NCBI GenBank assembly: GCA_044225365.1
Contig: JBGAIQ010000004.1
Location: 128,001 to 192,000, forward strand
Length of the DNA stretch: 64,000 nt
Reading direction: 5' to 3'
From: Planctomycetota bacterium
Lineage (GTDB): Bacteria; Planctomycetota; B15-G4; JADJEK01
The translations under genes and the position numbers were made by a program. Of the stretch, positions 8,647 through 25,782 are shown in pieces. How positions within the stretch are numbered: position 1 is the first letter of the stretch; each line of letters begins with the position of its first letter. The notes beneath the pieces were generated by a model. That model did not search any database, had not been told where the DNA came from, and worked only from the letters and a program-made list of their open reading frames with translations.

Positions 8647-10344
8647 TCAGGACAGCTCGCCTTCGGTCGTAGCTTCGAGCTTGGATGAACTCTCCCGGGT
8701 CCGGACTTGTTCGAGCGCGGCGAGGATCTTCAAGAGATCCTCCGGATCGACCGGTTTGACGCGATGATGATCGAATCCGGACTTTCGCGCCTCGCGAACA
8801 TCGGCGTCCTGTCCCCATCCCGTCACGGCGATCAGGATGATCCGCTTCCCCCATGGTTCGCGACGAATCGCTTTCGCGACGTCGTAGCCATTCAGCTTCG
8901 GCAGACCGATGTCGCACAGGATCACGTCCGGCCGATATTCCTCCGCGGTTCGAACCGCCTGCTCGCCGTCGACCGCAACGCGGACATCGTTGCCCATCAT
9001 CGTCAGAAGCATGGCGAGGCTGTCGACCGAATCCCGATTGTCGTCGACGACCATGACCCGAAGGTGGGAGGTCGCGTTCACGGCGCCTGGGCTCTCCCGC
9101 TTGCCCGTCGCCGACTTCTCGTCGACGATCGGTAGACTCACGATGAATTCGCTGCCCTTGCCGAGCCCTTCGCTCCGCGCCTGGATGCGCCCCCCGTGCA
9201 ATTCGACGAGGCGCCTCACCAGTGAGAGTCCGATGCCGAGACCGCCCGCGGAGCGGTACAGCGCGCCTTCGACTTGCGAGAACATCTCGAAGATCGTGGG
9301 CAGTTTGTCGGGCGGGATTCCGATCCCCGTGTCCTTGATCGAAACGACGAGTTCGCTGCCCTCCCTCTGAGCGGTGAGCTCGATGCGACCGCCGCGATCG
9401 GTGTATTTCACGGCGTTGTCCAGGAGGTTCAGGAACACTTGCGCGAGGCGCGTCAGATCCGCGTCGAGGATCACTGGGGTCGCGGGCAGGGTCACGATGA
9501 GCTCATGTCCGCCCTCGTCGATGTGCGGCCGGCTCGTCTCGATTGCTCCGGAGATCACTCGCGAGGCGTCCACCAGCTCGCGCTTGAGCTCGATCTTCCC
9601 GCGGCTGATCCGGCTCACATCCATCAGGTCGTCGATGAGGCGCGTGAGGTGATGCGTCTGACGATCGATGACGTCCTTGGCCCACTGGATCTCGGGAGTC
9701 GCCGATTCATGCGCTCGAAGGAGACGCACGGCGTTCCTCACGGGAGCGAGCGGATTGCGCAGCTCATGCGCCAGCGTCGCGAGGAATTCGTCCTTCCGGC
9801 GATCGACTTCGCGCAACGCGCGTGTGCGATCCTCGACTCGTTCCTCCAGCGACTCATTGAGTTCGCGGAGCCGCTCCTCGACGACTCGACGCTCGGCGAT
9901 CTCGATGCTCAGTTTGCGATTCGCCGCCTCGATCAGGCGGTTCTGTCGGAACAGCTCCGCGAAGACGACGACCTTCGAACGGAGGATGGGCGGACTCACT
10001 GGCTTATGCAGGTAATCGACGGCGCCGACGTCGTAGCCCTCGAGCACGTGTTGATCTTCGTTGTAGAAGGCGGTCAGGAAGATGATCGGGATTCGCGACG
10101 TCTTCGCGCGCTTCTTCACGATCTGCGCGAGCTCGAATCCCGTCATCGTCGGCATGTGGACGTCGAGGATCAGCAGCGCGAACTCCTCCACCATGAGAGC
10201 GAGGAGCGCCTTGTCGCCAGTGTCGGCGCGGACGATCCGATATCCGGGGTCATCGAGAATCGTCTCCAGCACCGTCAGATTCCTGGGCTCGTCGTCGACG
10301 ATCAGGATGTTGATCGGGTCTTCCGTGCTCGGATCCATGCTCAT
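8647..10344 (-). CDS. Hybrid histidine kinase REC-HisKA-HATPase-REC
   Basis: ILIVDDEP/LLILDVHMP; FLATLAHELRNPL; NLLDNAVKY, DTGIGI, GGLGIGL; C-terminal receiver domain. Confidence 0.93.
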   Translation of the reverse strand: MSMDPSTEDPINILIVDDEPRNLTVLETILDDPGYRIVRADTGDKALLALMVEEFALLILDVHMPTMTGFELAQIVKKRAKTSRIPIIFLTAFYNEDQHVLEGYDVGAVDYLHKPVSPPILRSKVVVFAELFRQNRLIEAANRKLSIEIAERRVVEERLRELNESLEERVEDRTRALREVDRRKDEFLATLAHELRNPLAPVRNAVRLLRAHESATPEIQWAKDVIDRQTHHLTRLIDDLMDVSRISRGKIELKRELVDASRVISGAIETSRPHIDEGGHELIVTLPATPVILDADLTRLAQVFLNLLDNAVKYTDRGGRIELTAQREGSELVVSIKDTGIGIPPDKLPTIFEMFSQVEGALYRSAGGLGIGLSLVRRLVELHGGRIQARSEGLGKGSEFIVSLPIVDEKSATGKRESPGAVNATSHLRVMVVDDNRDSVDSLAMLLTMMGNDVRVAVDGEQAVRTAEEYRPDVILCDIGLPKLNGYDVAKAIRREPWGKRIILIAVTGWGQDADVREARKSGFDHHRVKPVDPEDLLKILAALEQVRTRESSSKLEATTEGELS

Positions 10345-10382
10345 GTAGTCCTACTTCCCTGGGCCTTGTTCTTCGCGGACGA

Positions 10383-17591
<7,209 letters not shown>

Positions 17592-17801
17592 GAGGACCAC
17601 ACGAGGATTGGACGAGAACGCAACCGACCGAGGAGGTTCGAGGGTGGGCCGCGATCCACGGTTCATGGAATGGGAGGGATCGCCACGGATTCCTCTACCG
17701 CCTCTTGCTGAACAAGATAGCGCGGTTCCGCGATCGTGAACGTCCCGCTCGTGGGAAACGAGCTTTCGGCCCATCGACTCCGGCGATGGGTTCCTCGCGC
17801 T

Positions 17802-18587
17802 TCAACCGCCGAAGAAGGCCGCGATTCGTTGGAACGACCCCTGCACCAGGACATCGAGCGTGTAGCCGAGGGTCAGCATCATCAGCGCGAGACCGATGAG
17901 TCCCTTGAACGTCATGCCGAGGAAGAAGACCTGGATCTGTGACGCGACACGATTCGTCACGCCGAGCATCATGTCGACGAGGAAGAGCGTCACGATCACC
18001 GGCATCGCGAGTTGGAGCGAGGCGATGAAGAGATCGGCGACGAGGCCGACGAGCGCGTGCATGCCTTCCGCGCCGAGGAATCGGGCGGGAAGCGCGGGAC
18101 CGACCGGTGCGCTCTCGAGGCTCGAGGCGAGCGCGGAGATCACCATGCGATGACCGCCGAGGGAGCAGAAGAGCGCGAGCGTGAGCGAGAGTTGGAAGAG
18201 CGCGAGCGGGGACTGTTGCGTGCGGGCGAACGGGTCGTAGACGAGGGCCTGCGACGAGCCGCGCACCATGTCGACGAGACTGCCGACACTCGAGACGAAG
18301 TCGAACAGGATCCGCACAAAGACCGCGAGGACGAGTCCGATGAGCGCTTCCTTCACGGCGTAGAGGCCGAACTCGGCGAGTGTGGGCGCCGTCGAATCCG
18401 GACGATACGCGAGGCCTGCGAGCACGAGAGCGAGGAGGAGCGCGAGAGCCGTCTTGAACCGCTTCGGCGCGCTCTCGCCGCCGAAGAGCGGCGTGAGCGA
18501 AACGAGGAACACGACGCGGATGAACACGAGGCCGAAGTAGGCCGCGTAGGACTTCAATCCGTCCGGAATCAGCGTCGCGAGCTCCAT
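17802..18587 (-). CDS. sctT: T3SS export apparatus SctT (FliR family)
   Basis: PLFGG..P.RFK, VKEALIGLVL, NRVASQIQVFFLGMTFK; follows sctR-sctS. Confidence 0.93.
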   Translation of the reverse strand: MELATLIPDGLKSYAAYFGLVFIRVVFLVSLTPLFGGESAPKRFKTALALLLALVLAGLAYRPDSTAPTLAEFGLYAVKEALIGLVLAVFVRILFDFVSSVGSLVDMVRGSSQALVYDPFARTQQSPLALFQLSLTLALFCSLGGHRMVISALASSLESAPVGPALPARFLGAEGMHALVGLVADLFIASLQLAMPVIVTLFLVDMMLGVTNRVASQIQVFFLGMTFKGLIGLALMMLTLGYTLDVLVQGSFQRIAAFFGG

Positions 18588-18609
18588 CGATCGGCCACGA
18601 GCCTTCTAC

Positions 18610-18879
18610 TCAGGCGTGAACGGAACCGATCATCGTGAGCATCTTGGCCGCGAATTGGATGAGGCCTTGGAGCATCCACATCCCCGCCGCGATGAGGACG
18701 CCGTAGGTGACGACGATCTTCGGGACCTGTGTGAGCGTCTGTTCCTGGATCTGCGTCGCGGCCTGGAACAGGCTGATCACGAGCCCGACCACCATCGAGG
18801 CCAGGACCGGCAACGCGGAAAGGACGATCGCGAGCTGAAGTGCATCGCGGCCGATTCGAATCGCGACTTCAGGATCCAT
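18610..18879 (-). CDS. sctS: T3SS export apparatus SctS (FliQ family)
   Basis: VVGLVISLFQAATQIQEQTLTQVPK. Confidence 0.95.
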   Translation of the reverse strand: MDPEVAIRIGRDALQLAIVLSALPVLASMVVGLVISLFQAATQIQEQTLTQVPKIVVTYGVLIAAGMWMLQGLIQFAAKMLTMIGSVHA

Positions 18880-18891
18880 GTCCGCTCTCCA

Positions 18892-19662
18892 TCACGACAC
18901 GTAGCCCTGGACGAGGCCCTCGAGGATGAGCCGCCAGCCGTCCACCAGGACGAAGAGCAGGAGCTTCAGCGGCAGCGTGATGACTTGCGGGTTCATCATC
19001 ATCATGCCGAGTGCGATCAGGATGTTGCTGACGACGAGTTCGATGACCAGGAACGGAACGAGCAGGAGGAATCCGATCTGGAACGCCTCCGTCAACTCGG
19101 AGAGCAGGAACGCCGGCGCGTGGATCGTGAGGAGATCGAGCCACTGCGTGATCGTCGTGCGCGCGGCGGGATCGGCCGTCGCCTGAATGACCGCATCGGT
19201 GCCGCCCAGGCGGGCGCGCAGATCGCGGAACAACTGACGATTCGCCTCGGTGGAGTGCTTGTCGAGGAATTCCTCGACGACCTCGCGTCCCGCCGTGAGA
19301 CCGACCTCGATGTTCTTGTCCTTGTTCTCGGGGACTTGGATCCGCTCGTTGTAGCGCTGGTACCCGATCGCGGCGACCGGCGCCATGATGTGGATCGTGA
19401 GGATGAGCGCGATGCCGGTGAGCACCGACGTCGGCGGCGTCTGCTGCGTGCCGAGCGCCTGGCGCAGGAGTCCTCCCACGATCACGAGTTTCGCGAACGA
19501 GGTGATCATCGAGAGCAGGAACGGGGCGAGCGCGAGCGAAACGAGGATGACGAGCATCAGCGTCATCTGATTGGGATCGAGCATCCCCTTCGCTGCATTG
19601 GGCGCGGCGTCGGTCGCGTTCTGCAACGCGGGCAGCGCGATCGCGAGAAGACAAGGGCTCAT
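18892..19662 (-). CDS. sctR: T3SS export apparatus SctR (FliP family)
   Basis: TSFAKLVIV..LLRQALGTQQTPP, PAFLLSELTEAFQIGF, LGMMMMNP..ITLPLKLLLFVLVDGW. Confidence 0.96.
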   Translation of the reverse strand: MSPCLLAIALPALQNATDAAPNAAKGMLDPNQMTLMLVILVSLALAPFLLSMITSFAKLVIVGGLLRQALGTQQTPPTSVLTGIALILTIHIMAPVAAIGYQRYNERIQVPENKDKNIEVGLTAGREVVEEFLDKHSTEANRQLFRDLRARLGGTDAVIQATADPAARTTITQWLDLLTIHAPAFLLSELTEAFQIGFLLLVPFLVIELVVSNILIALGMMMMNPQVITLPLKLLLFVLVDGWRLILEGLVQGYVS

Positions 19663-20147
19663 GATTCACCTCCGATCGGAGGCTCGTGACGCGAACCCTC
19701 CGCCTTCGACTGGAGCAGACGTTCGACGAACGCAACCGACTGCGGTGACTTCTTCGACTGCACGGACGAGCCGTCGCTCGCGACGCGTGCGAGGTGTTCG
19801 AGCGTCGAAGGATCGAAGTCGCCTCCCGCCAGGACGTCGATGCGCTGGTCCGTGACCCCGAGGAGATAGAACTGGTCGACGACTTGAACGAGACAGAGTG
19901 AGCGCCGCGGCTCGAGCGGGCGCCGTTCGATGACCTTGATCAACCCGCGCGACGCGAGGGGAAACCGCTGCCCGAGGAACCGCGGCAGGAACCGCCCCGC
20001 GGCGAAGAGCAGAACCACCATGATCGCGAGCACCCACAGCATGCGCGTGAGGCTGTCCGCGTACGACGTGGCCTCGATCGCCTTCGTCGTCTTCTCCGGG
20101 ACGCCGTCCTGGATCGCGATGGATGCGAGGAGCAAGATCCCGTTCAT
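19659..20147 (-). CDS. fliO: FliO-like membrane protein
   Basis: Start MNGILLL at 20147 (ATGA overlap with sctQ). Single TM followed by IKVIERRPLEPRRSLCLVQVVDQFYLLGVTDQRIDVL, a FliO-type pattern; located between sctQ and sctR like fliN-fliO-fliP. Confidence 0.8.
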   Translation of the reverse strand: MNGILLLASIAIQDGVPEKTTKAIEATSYADSLTRMLWVLAIMVVLLFAAGRFLPRFLGQRFPLASRGLIKVIERRPLEPRRSLCLVQVVDQFYLLGVTDQRIDVLAGGDFDPSTLEHLARVASDGSSVQSKKSPQSVAFVERLLQSKAEGSRHEPPIGGES

Positions 20148-21307
20148 GGCGCCTCCTCTCCGATCTGCTTCGAATAGATCGCCGTGAGTCGAACGCCGAC
20201 TTCGCCGCTCACGCTCACCAGTTCGCCGCGAGCGATCTCCGCGCCTTCGCAGCAAATCGAAACGCCCGCCGAGGTCGACTTGGCCAGATCGAGACGCGCC
20301 CCCGCGGTCCAGTTCTCGAGTTGATCGTGAGTAAGACGAGAAACGCCAAGGAGCGGCTGTAGCAGCGCCGATCCCGCAACCGCGCGAGGACTCGCCATCG
20401 GCGAGAAGACGATGGGTTCGAGCCGTCCGACGCGAACACCGACCGAGGTCGGAGTGTCGATCTCGATCGTCGCGTGCGAGAGTCGCCAATGGGTCGCGGT
20501 GACCAGCGAACAATTCGCACCGAACGAATCGAGCGTGGTCGCCCCGGTGAGGAGGACGTCCCCCAGGTCGGCGGCGGCCCATTCGAGCGGAGTGATGTCG
20601 AAAGCCGGAAGCGCGAGGAAGACCTCGACGCTCGTGCGGCCGCGTCCCGCGACCTCCGATCGCGGCGCGGGCGGCAGCACGCGCCGAACCGGTCGCAGGT
20701 AACCGTTCGGCAGCCAGAGATTCGCGCGTCCTTCGAGGTGGTCGACGATCACTCGCATCTCGAGCGGATGACCTCGAAGCGTGTCCCCCGAGGCGAGTTC
20801 CGCGCGCTTCAAGAACGACTGCAGGCCCGCCGCTCCGACGACACCGATCGATTCCCGGTGCAGTTCGGCGAGCGTTTGCAGCGTCGCGAATTCCAGCAGC
20901 GCGGTCTCGACGCGAGTCGGATCGCCGTAACCGCGAATGGGTGCGTAGAGGGGTACGAACACGCTCGCGATTCCCTCGGCCGCGCGCTGATCGAGAACGA
21001 CCGTCGCAACTGCGTCGCCGCCGAGCGCGATCCGGAATCCGAACTTGGCATCCGCGCTCGCGAGCCGTTCGCTCTTGCCAGTGAACAGGATCTGGACGCT
21101 GCGGCGATAACGGACTCCGAGGACGCTCTCGACCGGCAATCCCTCGGCGAGCGAGCGCTCGATGTCATTGACGATTCGGCGCAAGGCGAGCCAATCGCGC
21201 GCCGCCGCTTCTCCCCCTGCTACGGGCACGAGCGCATCGGCAGCGATCGCGGCGATGACGCCGGGATCGACTCGCTCCTTCTGCTCCTCGTGTTCGTTAC
21301 CGTGCAT
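20144..21307 (-). CDS. sctQ: T3SS cytoplasmic ring protein SctQ (FliM/FliN SpoA domains)
   Basis: C-terminal SpoA domain G.RLDL....VSICCEGAEIARGELVSVSGEVGVRLTAI; internal LGDVLL segment; synteny. Confidence 0.85.
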   Translation of the reverse strand: MHGNEHEEQKERVDPGVIAAIAADALVPVAGGEAAARDWLALRRIVNDIERSLAEGLPVESVLGVRYRRSVQILFTGKSERLASADAKFGFRIALGGDAVATVVLDQRAAEGIASVFVPLYAPIRGYGDPTRVETALLEFATLQTLAELHRESIGVVGAAGLQSFLKRAELASGDTLRGHPLEMRVIVDHLEGRANLWLPNGYLRPVRRVLPPAPRSEVAGRGRTSVEVFLALPAFDITPLEWAAADLGDVLLTGATTLDSFGANCSLVTATHWRLSHATIEIDTPTSVGVRVGRLEPIVFSPMASPRAVAGSALLQPLLGVSRLTHDQLENWTAGARLDLAKSTSAGVSICCEGAEIARGELVSVSGEVGVRLTAIYSKQIGEEAP

Positions 21308-21406
21308 CGGTCCGTTGCCTCGTTCTCGATGTCGTCGCAGCCGGCGAGCCCGGCGCGCAGCGCATCACGCTACCAGTCCAAACGGCGTTTTCTCGCACCT
21401 GCTCGC

Positions 21407-22309
21407 TCATGGCGTCACTTCCACCGTCGTGACATCGATTCCACGCTCGCGCATGCGCTCGACGAGTTCGTTCAGATCGGAAGGCGAAAGGGCCTTGCCG
21501 CCGCGGCCGTTGACGAGCTTGATCGCGATCTTCTTGTGCCCCAAGGACTGGATCGTGAGCAGCGCTCCACCGAGGACGTTTCCGGCGAGGCCGAGCGAGA
21601 ATTCGAGGAGTCCGCCGCGCTCGGAGAACTGGGCGAACTCGACGGCCTGTCGCACGACCGAGTTCGGGACGAGCGGAGCGCCGTCTTGCTTCTCTCGCTC
21701 CCCCTTCAACCCTGGCGATCCGGGTAGCCCCGTGGACGGATTCCCCGCGAAAGCATCTGCCTCGGCAACGCGCGACGGCGCGAGTTTCGCAGGATCCGAG
21801 GGCGGGTCGGCGTCGCTCTCGGAGATTCGTTCCCCGTCCTTCACGCGCGGAGTCCTGGATTCGCTCTTCTCGACGCTCTGTGCTTCGTTCGATGGACGCA
21901 CCGCCGCATTGTCCCCATGGAACGGCGTGCTGCGCCCCACCTGCGGCTTGGATTGCGACGTCGAGTTCCGGGGCAGTGCGCGGCTCGAGCTGCGAGGCGA
22001 ATCGTCGTCCGCCCTCGAACCGACATCGACGAGCGGCTCGCCATCGCGCCGCGACGCATCCCGGTCGCGATCGCCCTTCGTCATCGCACTCTCCACGGCT
22101 TCGGTGGTCTCGCGCGAGACTTCCATCGCCGCGTTCTGCTGAGCGCGCTGTTTCTCGTGCTCCTTCGTGACGCTGTCGCGCATGACACGGAGGAACGCAT
22201 CCGACTTCTTTGCGCGATCGTCGCGATCGCGGTCCTTGTCATCGTCGTTGTCCGCGGGCGGGATGGGCGCTGGCGGCACGCTCGGTCCGTTGACGTCGAT
22301 CGGCGCCAT
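21407..22309 (-). CDS. sctP: Putative needle-length ruler SctP (FliK-like), 300 aa
   Basis: Start MAPIDVNG at 22309; long low-complexity disordered region plus C-terminal domain ending LVERMRERGIDVTTVEV; sits between sctO and sctQ. Confidence 0.65.
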   Translation of the reverse strand: MAPIDVNGPSVPPAPIPPADNDDDKDRDRDDRAKKSDAFLRVMRDSVTKEHEKQRAQQNAAMEVSRETTEAVESAMTKGDRDRDASRRDGEPLVDVGSRADDDSPRSSSRALPRNSTSQSKPQVGRSTPFHGDNAAVRPSNEAQSVEKSESRTPRVKDGERISESDADPPSDPAKLAPSRVAEADAFAGNPSTGLPGSPGLKGEREKQDGAPLVPNSVVRQAVEFAQFSERGGLLEFSLGLAGNVLGGALLTIQSLGHKKIAIKLVNGRGGKALSPSDLNELVERMRERGIDVTTVEVTP

Positions 22310-22311
22310 GA

Positions 22312-22794
22312 TCACGGATCCCGCTTCTGGTTGAATCGGATGATCTGGTCGTCGTCCCGTTCGTTGTCTTCCTTCTTCGCCTGCTTGGCGAGGAATTGCT
22401 TGAAGCGGATCTCGCGTTGGCGGCGATAGGAGTCGAGCTCGGCCTCGATCCGCACGAGTTCGGATTCGGCGATCTCGAGCTGGGCTTTGATCGTTCGGGC
22501 GACTCGCGCTTTCTGTTCGAGTCGAACGGCGTGACGCCGGACGTGTTCGCGCCGGACTTCGAGCCGCCGTCCCTCCCGTTCCATGTCGGCGGCCGGCAAC
22601 AGCACGAGTCGCGCGTAGCCGATCTTCAATCTCCGATCGATCCAAGCCGAGAAGCGTTTTCGCCGAGTCACGTTCCGTTCCGCGCGCTTCAACTTGCCGC
22701 GCAGCCTCTTGACGCGACGCTCCGCCTCCACCTTCTCCCGGTCTTTCAGGAGGAGGACGGCGTCGAGTTCGGAACGGAAGACGGGCTTGCTCAT
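22312..22794 (-). CDS. sctO: T3SS stalk protein SctO (FliJ-like coiled coil)
   Basis: FR..LDAVLLLKDREKVEAE N-terminus, charged coiled coil, directly downstream of sctN with an ATGA overlap. Confidence 0.75.
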   Translation of the reverse strand: MSKPVFRSELDAVLLLKDREKVEAERRVKRLRGKLKRAERNVTRRKRFSAWIDRRLKIGYARLVLLPAADMEREGRRLEVRREHVRRHAVRLEQKARVARTIKAQLEIAESELVRIEAELDSYRRQREIRFKQFLAKQAKKEDNERDDDQIIRFNQKRDP

Positions 22795-24146
22795 GCGTCG
22801 TCGTACCAGTCACCGAATTCGGATCCGAGGGCTTCGACCGTTTGCGCGAGCGGAACGCGGATCGCCGTGTCCTGATGCAGGAAGCGCTCGACCTGCTTGT
22901 CCCGCGACGAGATCTCGGCCGAATCCATGCCATGGTCCTCGTAGAGGCCCATCTTGATCTTGTCGTAGTTCTTCACGAACTCGGACTTGAGCTGCAGCAC
23001 CTTCGACGCGAGCGCCCGATGCTCCTTCGTGGTGACGAGACTCATGAGGCGGCTCTTGCTGCGCAGCACGTCGATTGCGGGATAGCGACCGCTCGCAGCG
23101 ATCTCGCGCGAGAGTAGGAAGTGGCCATCGAGGAGTGAGATCGTCTCCTCGACGACGGGATCGGAGACGTCGTCGGAATCGGCGAGGACGGTGTAGAACG
23201 CGGTGATCGATCCCACTTCCGCATTGCCCGCGCGCTCGAAGAGCTGAGGAAGCCGCGCATACATCGAAGCCGGATATCCGCCCTTGCCCATCGGTTCGCC
23301 GACCGCCTGGCCGAGGTCACGCAAGGCACGCGCGAAACGGGTCACGGAGTCCATCATCAGGAGCACGCGTTCACCGCGGGCGCGCGCTTCCTCGGCGATC
23401 GCCGTCGCGGTGTACGCCGCGCGCACGCGCATCAACGCGGATTCATCGCTGGTCGACACGACGACGGTCGCGCGTGCTACGCCCTCGACGCCGAGATCGT
23501 GCTCGATGAACTGACGCACCTCGCGGCCACGTTCGCCGATGAGCGCGAGCACGATCGTGTCGGCCTTCACGTTGCGAACGAGGCAGGAGAGCAGGGTCGA
23601 CTTGCCGACGCCCGCCGCCGCGCAGAGGCCGACGCGTTGGCCGACCGCCACGGTGAGCAGGCCGTCGATCGCGCGAATGCCGGTCTCGAGCGGCTCGACG
23701 TTCGATTTCCGCTTCATCGGATCGGGGGGCTTGCTGAACATCACCGCCCGCTGATTTCCGACGAGCGGGCCCTTCGAATCGATCGGCTCGCCCATCGCGT
23801 TGATCACACGACCTCGCACCGAATCGCCACAGGGGACCGTGGGAAGCGCCTCGACGGGCTCGACGACCGCGCCCATCGCGACGGCGTCGACGCGGTCGTA
23901 GGGCATCAGGATCGCACCGCGATCGTCGAATCCGATCACCTCGGCGAGGAGGTCGGCGACGCCCGCGCGCCGAATGCGGCACACTTCGCCGAGACAGACG
24001 TCGGGCACCGACGCGATGACGATGAGTCCCTTCACGCTCGTGACGCGCCCCGACCGCGCCACGACCGTCTGCGCGCCGGAGCCGAGGAGCGCGTCGAGGT
24101 TCGGCGCCTTGAAGTCGATCTCGAAGTCGAATTCAGGTTCGGTCAC
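22791..24146 (-). CDS. sctN: T3SS ATPase SctN (FliI/YscN family)
   Basis: TGIRAIDGLL, AAAGVGKST Walker A, ALIGERGREV, LLMMDSVTRFARA, LDGHFLLSR, YPAIDVLRSKSRLM. Confidence 0.96.
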   Translation of the reverse strand: MTEPEFDFEIDFKAPNLDALLGSGAQTVVARSGRVTSVKGLIVIASVPDVCLGEVCRIRRAGVADLLAEVIGFDDRGAILMPYDRVDAVAMGAVVEPVEALPTVPCGDSVRGRVINAMGEPIDSKGPLVGNQRAVMFSKPPDPMKRKSNVEPLETGIRAIDGLLTVAVGQRVGLCAAAGVGKSTLLSCLVRNVKADTIVLALIGERGREVRQFIEHDLGVEGVARATVVVSTSDESALMRVRAAYTATAIAEEARARGERVLLMMDSVTRFARALRDLGQAVGEPMGKGGYPASMYARLPQLFERAGNAEVGSITAFYTVLADSDDVSDPVVEETISLLDGHFLLSREIAASGRYPAIDVLRSKSRLMSLVTTKEHRALASKVLQLKSEFVKNYDKIKMGLYEDHGMDSAEISSRDKQVERFLHQDTAIRVPLAQTVEALGSEFGDWYDDA

Positions 24147-24156
24147 GAGTCACCTC

Positions 24157-24374
24157 GTAGGGGCAGACGGCTGTCTGCCCGGCTTGGGGACGGACGCACA
24201 GCCGTGCGCCCCTACGGACGGGCGCATCGCCGACACCATCACCCCACGTGTTCCGATCGCCGGCCGCCCGGGGTTCGCGCGAAGGTCGATGCCCCCCGTA
24301 GGGGCAGACGCCTGTCTGCCCGTTCCTGGGATCGCGGAAGACGCGACGCCGGGCGCACAGCCGTGCGCCCCTAC
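24157..24374. repeat. Four GTAG-type REP sequences arranged as two inverted doublets (REPIN-like)
   Basis: GTAGGGGCAGACG(G/C)CTGTCTGCCC at 24157-24180 and 24298-24321 (+); GTAGGGGCGCACGGCTGTGCG(T/C)CC at 24192-24215 and 24351-24374 (-). Confidence 0.9.
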
Positions 24375-24877
24375 CGGTCGGGGTCGGTCGACCAATTCAC
24401 TGGATTCGCGCGAATGTAGTCGCGCGCGGCATCGAGTTCGCGTTCGTCGCGCACGATCCGATCGAAGAATCCGCGCTGCCAGATCACCCCGCCCGGACTG
24501 TTCAGCATGGTGCGGGCTCGCGTCGTCACCGCCGCTTCGAACTGAGCGATCAAGGAGGACAGCGAACGTGACGGACGAGCGAGACGAGTGCGCTGTTCTT
24601 GTTCCGGACCGGACCCGTCGATCTGCACGATCGCATGAAAGTGGTTCGGCATGATCACGAACTCGTCGAGTCGGATCTCCGTGCGAATCGCCGCGCTTCG
24701 AACCCATTCCTCGCTGACGATCCTGCCGACCGGGATGAGGAGAACCTGATCGTCGGAGATGTTTCCGAAGATGCAGCGCTTGTCCTTCGTGCAGATCGTC
24801 ACGAAATACCAACCGTCCGACCCGTAGTCGTAGCCGGGAAGGCGAGAGGACTGCCGATCGGGACGCGGAGGTTCCAT
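24371..24877 (-). mobile_element. REP-associated tyrosine transposase (RAYT, Y1 HUH, IS200-like)
   Basis: RLPGYDY...YFVTICT, VIMPNHFHAIV (HUH), WQRGFFDRIVRDE...DYIRANP; flanked by REPs. Start at 24877 or 24910. Confidence 0.9.
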
Positions 24878-24961
24878 GCTGAGAAGAATGCTCGCCAATG
24901 CGAAAGACATCCTGGATTGACGAGGAATGTCTACGAACGCAATCGTTCGAAACGCGACGAC

Positions 24962-24985
24962 GGGCGCACAACCGTGCGCCCCTAC
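24962..24985 (-). repeat. Fifth REP copy upstream of the RAYT
   Basis: Minus strand GTAGGGGCGCACGGTTGTGCGCCC. Confidence 0.88.
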
Positions 24986-25024
24986 GTGCGATCTTTCGCC
25001 GGCGAATGGATGAAAGGACCCGCG

Positions 25025-25735
25025 TCACAGCCCTCGCTCCAGTTGCTTCTTCAAGTCGGCGAAGGCGGCGTCGACGCCGGCGTGGTACGCCGCGCGATTT
25101 GCACCGATCTCGATGCGAACGGACGAGCGTTGGAGCGTGCGGTCCTCCACGACGGCGGGAGTCTCGGGAAGCTGCATCTTCTCGGCGAGCTTCGCGGCGG
25201 CGGACTGGACGATGGAGACGTCGTCCGGATGCAGGTAGATCACGATTCCCGACGCTCCGAAGCGCGCCTTCTCGAGCGCGTTCTTCACGAACTCCACGAT
25301 GCGCTCCGGCTTCACCACGAACTCGCACTCGACCACGCGATGCGCGAGCTTGAAAGCGTAGGCGACGACGTCCTTCGGGTACTTGTTGGTCCACGACTCG
25401 ACCGCCTGACGCATCGACGTCAACAACGCCTCCACGCGCTGCGTGACGGCGGCGCGCGCTTCGTTCGCGGCGTTGACCTTGATCTTCTCCGCTTCGATCT
25501 CGGCGGCCGCGCGCAGATCGACGGCCTTGTCCTTCGCCTCCTGCACGATGCGCGCCGCCTCCGCTCGCGCTGCCGCGAGTTCGGCAGCGGCGGCGGCCTT
25601 CAATTCGTCGATCTCGACCGCGCTCTTCTTGAGGAGTCGGGCGGCCGAATACAGCGGTGCGATCGCGATCGCGTCACCCTTCAGGATGCGCGCTTGCGAT
25701 GTGCCGCCTTGATTCGTCTCGACCGGGTCGACCAT
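25025..25735 (-). CDS. sctL: T3SS stator SctL (FliH family)
   Basis: ARILKG N-terminus, AxxEAxxI repeats, IYLHPDD motif; upstream of sctN. Confidence 0.88.
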   Translation of the reverse strand: MVDPVETNQGGTSQARILKGDAIAIAPLYSAARLLKKSAVEIDELKAAAAAELAAARAEAARIVQEAKDKAVDLRAAAEIEAEKIKVNAANEARAAVTQRVEALLTSMRQAVESWTNKYPKDVVAYAFKLAHRVVECEFVVKPERIVEFVKNALEKARFGASGIVIYLHPDDVSIVQSAAAKLAEKMQLPETPAVVEDRTLQRSSVRIEIGANRAAYHAGVDAAFADLKKQLERGL

Positions 25736-25782
25736 GACTCCACTCTCCGATGTTCTCGAATGGCTCTCGAACGCTCAGCGAT

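Noticed and set aside
21297-21410. 37-codon ORF overlapping the sctP stop, a possible frameshifted sctQ N-terminus
   Set aside because: No similarity or slippery site is recognisable, and sctQ has its own plausible start at 21307.
17802-25735. Interpretation as a flagellar fli operon
   Set aside because: A short SctJ lipoprotein replaces FliF, needle- and rod-like genes are present, and no flg, fliC or mot genes appear in the window. Only a phylogeny would be final.
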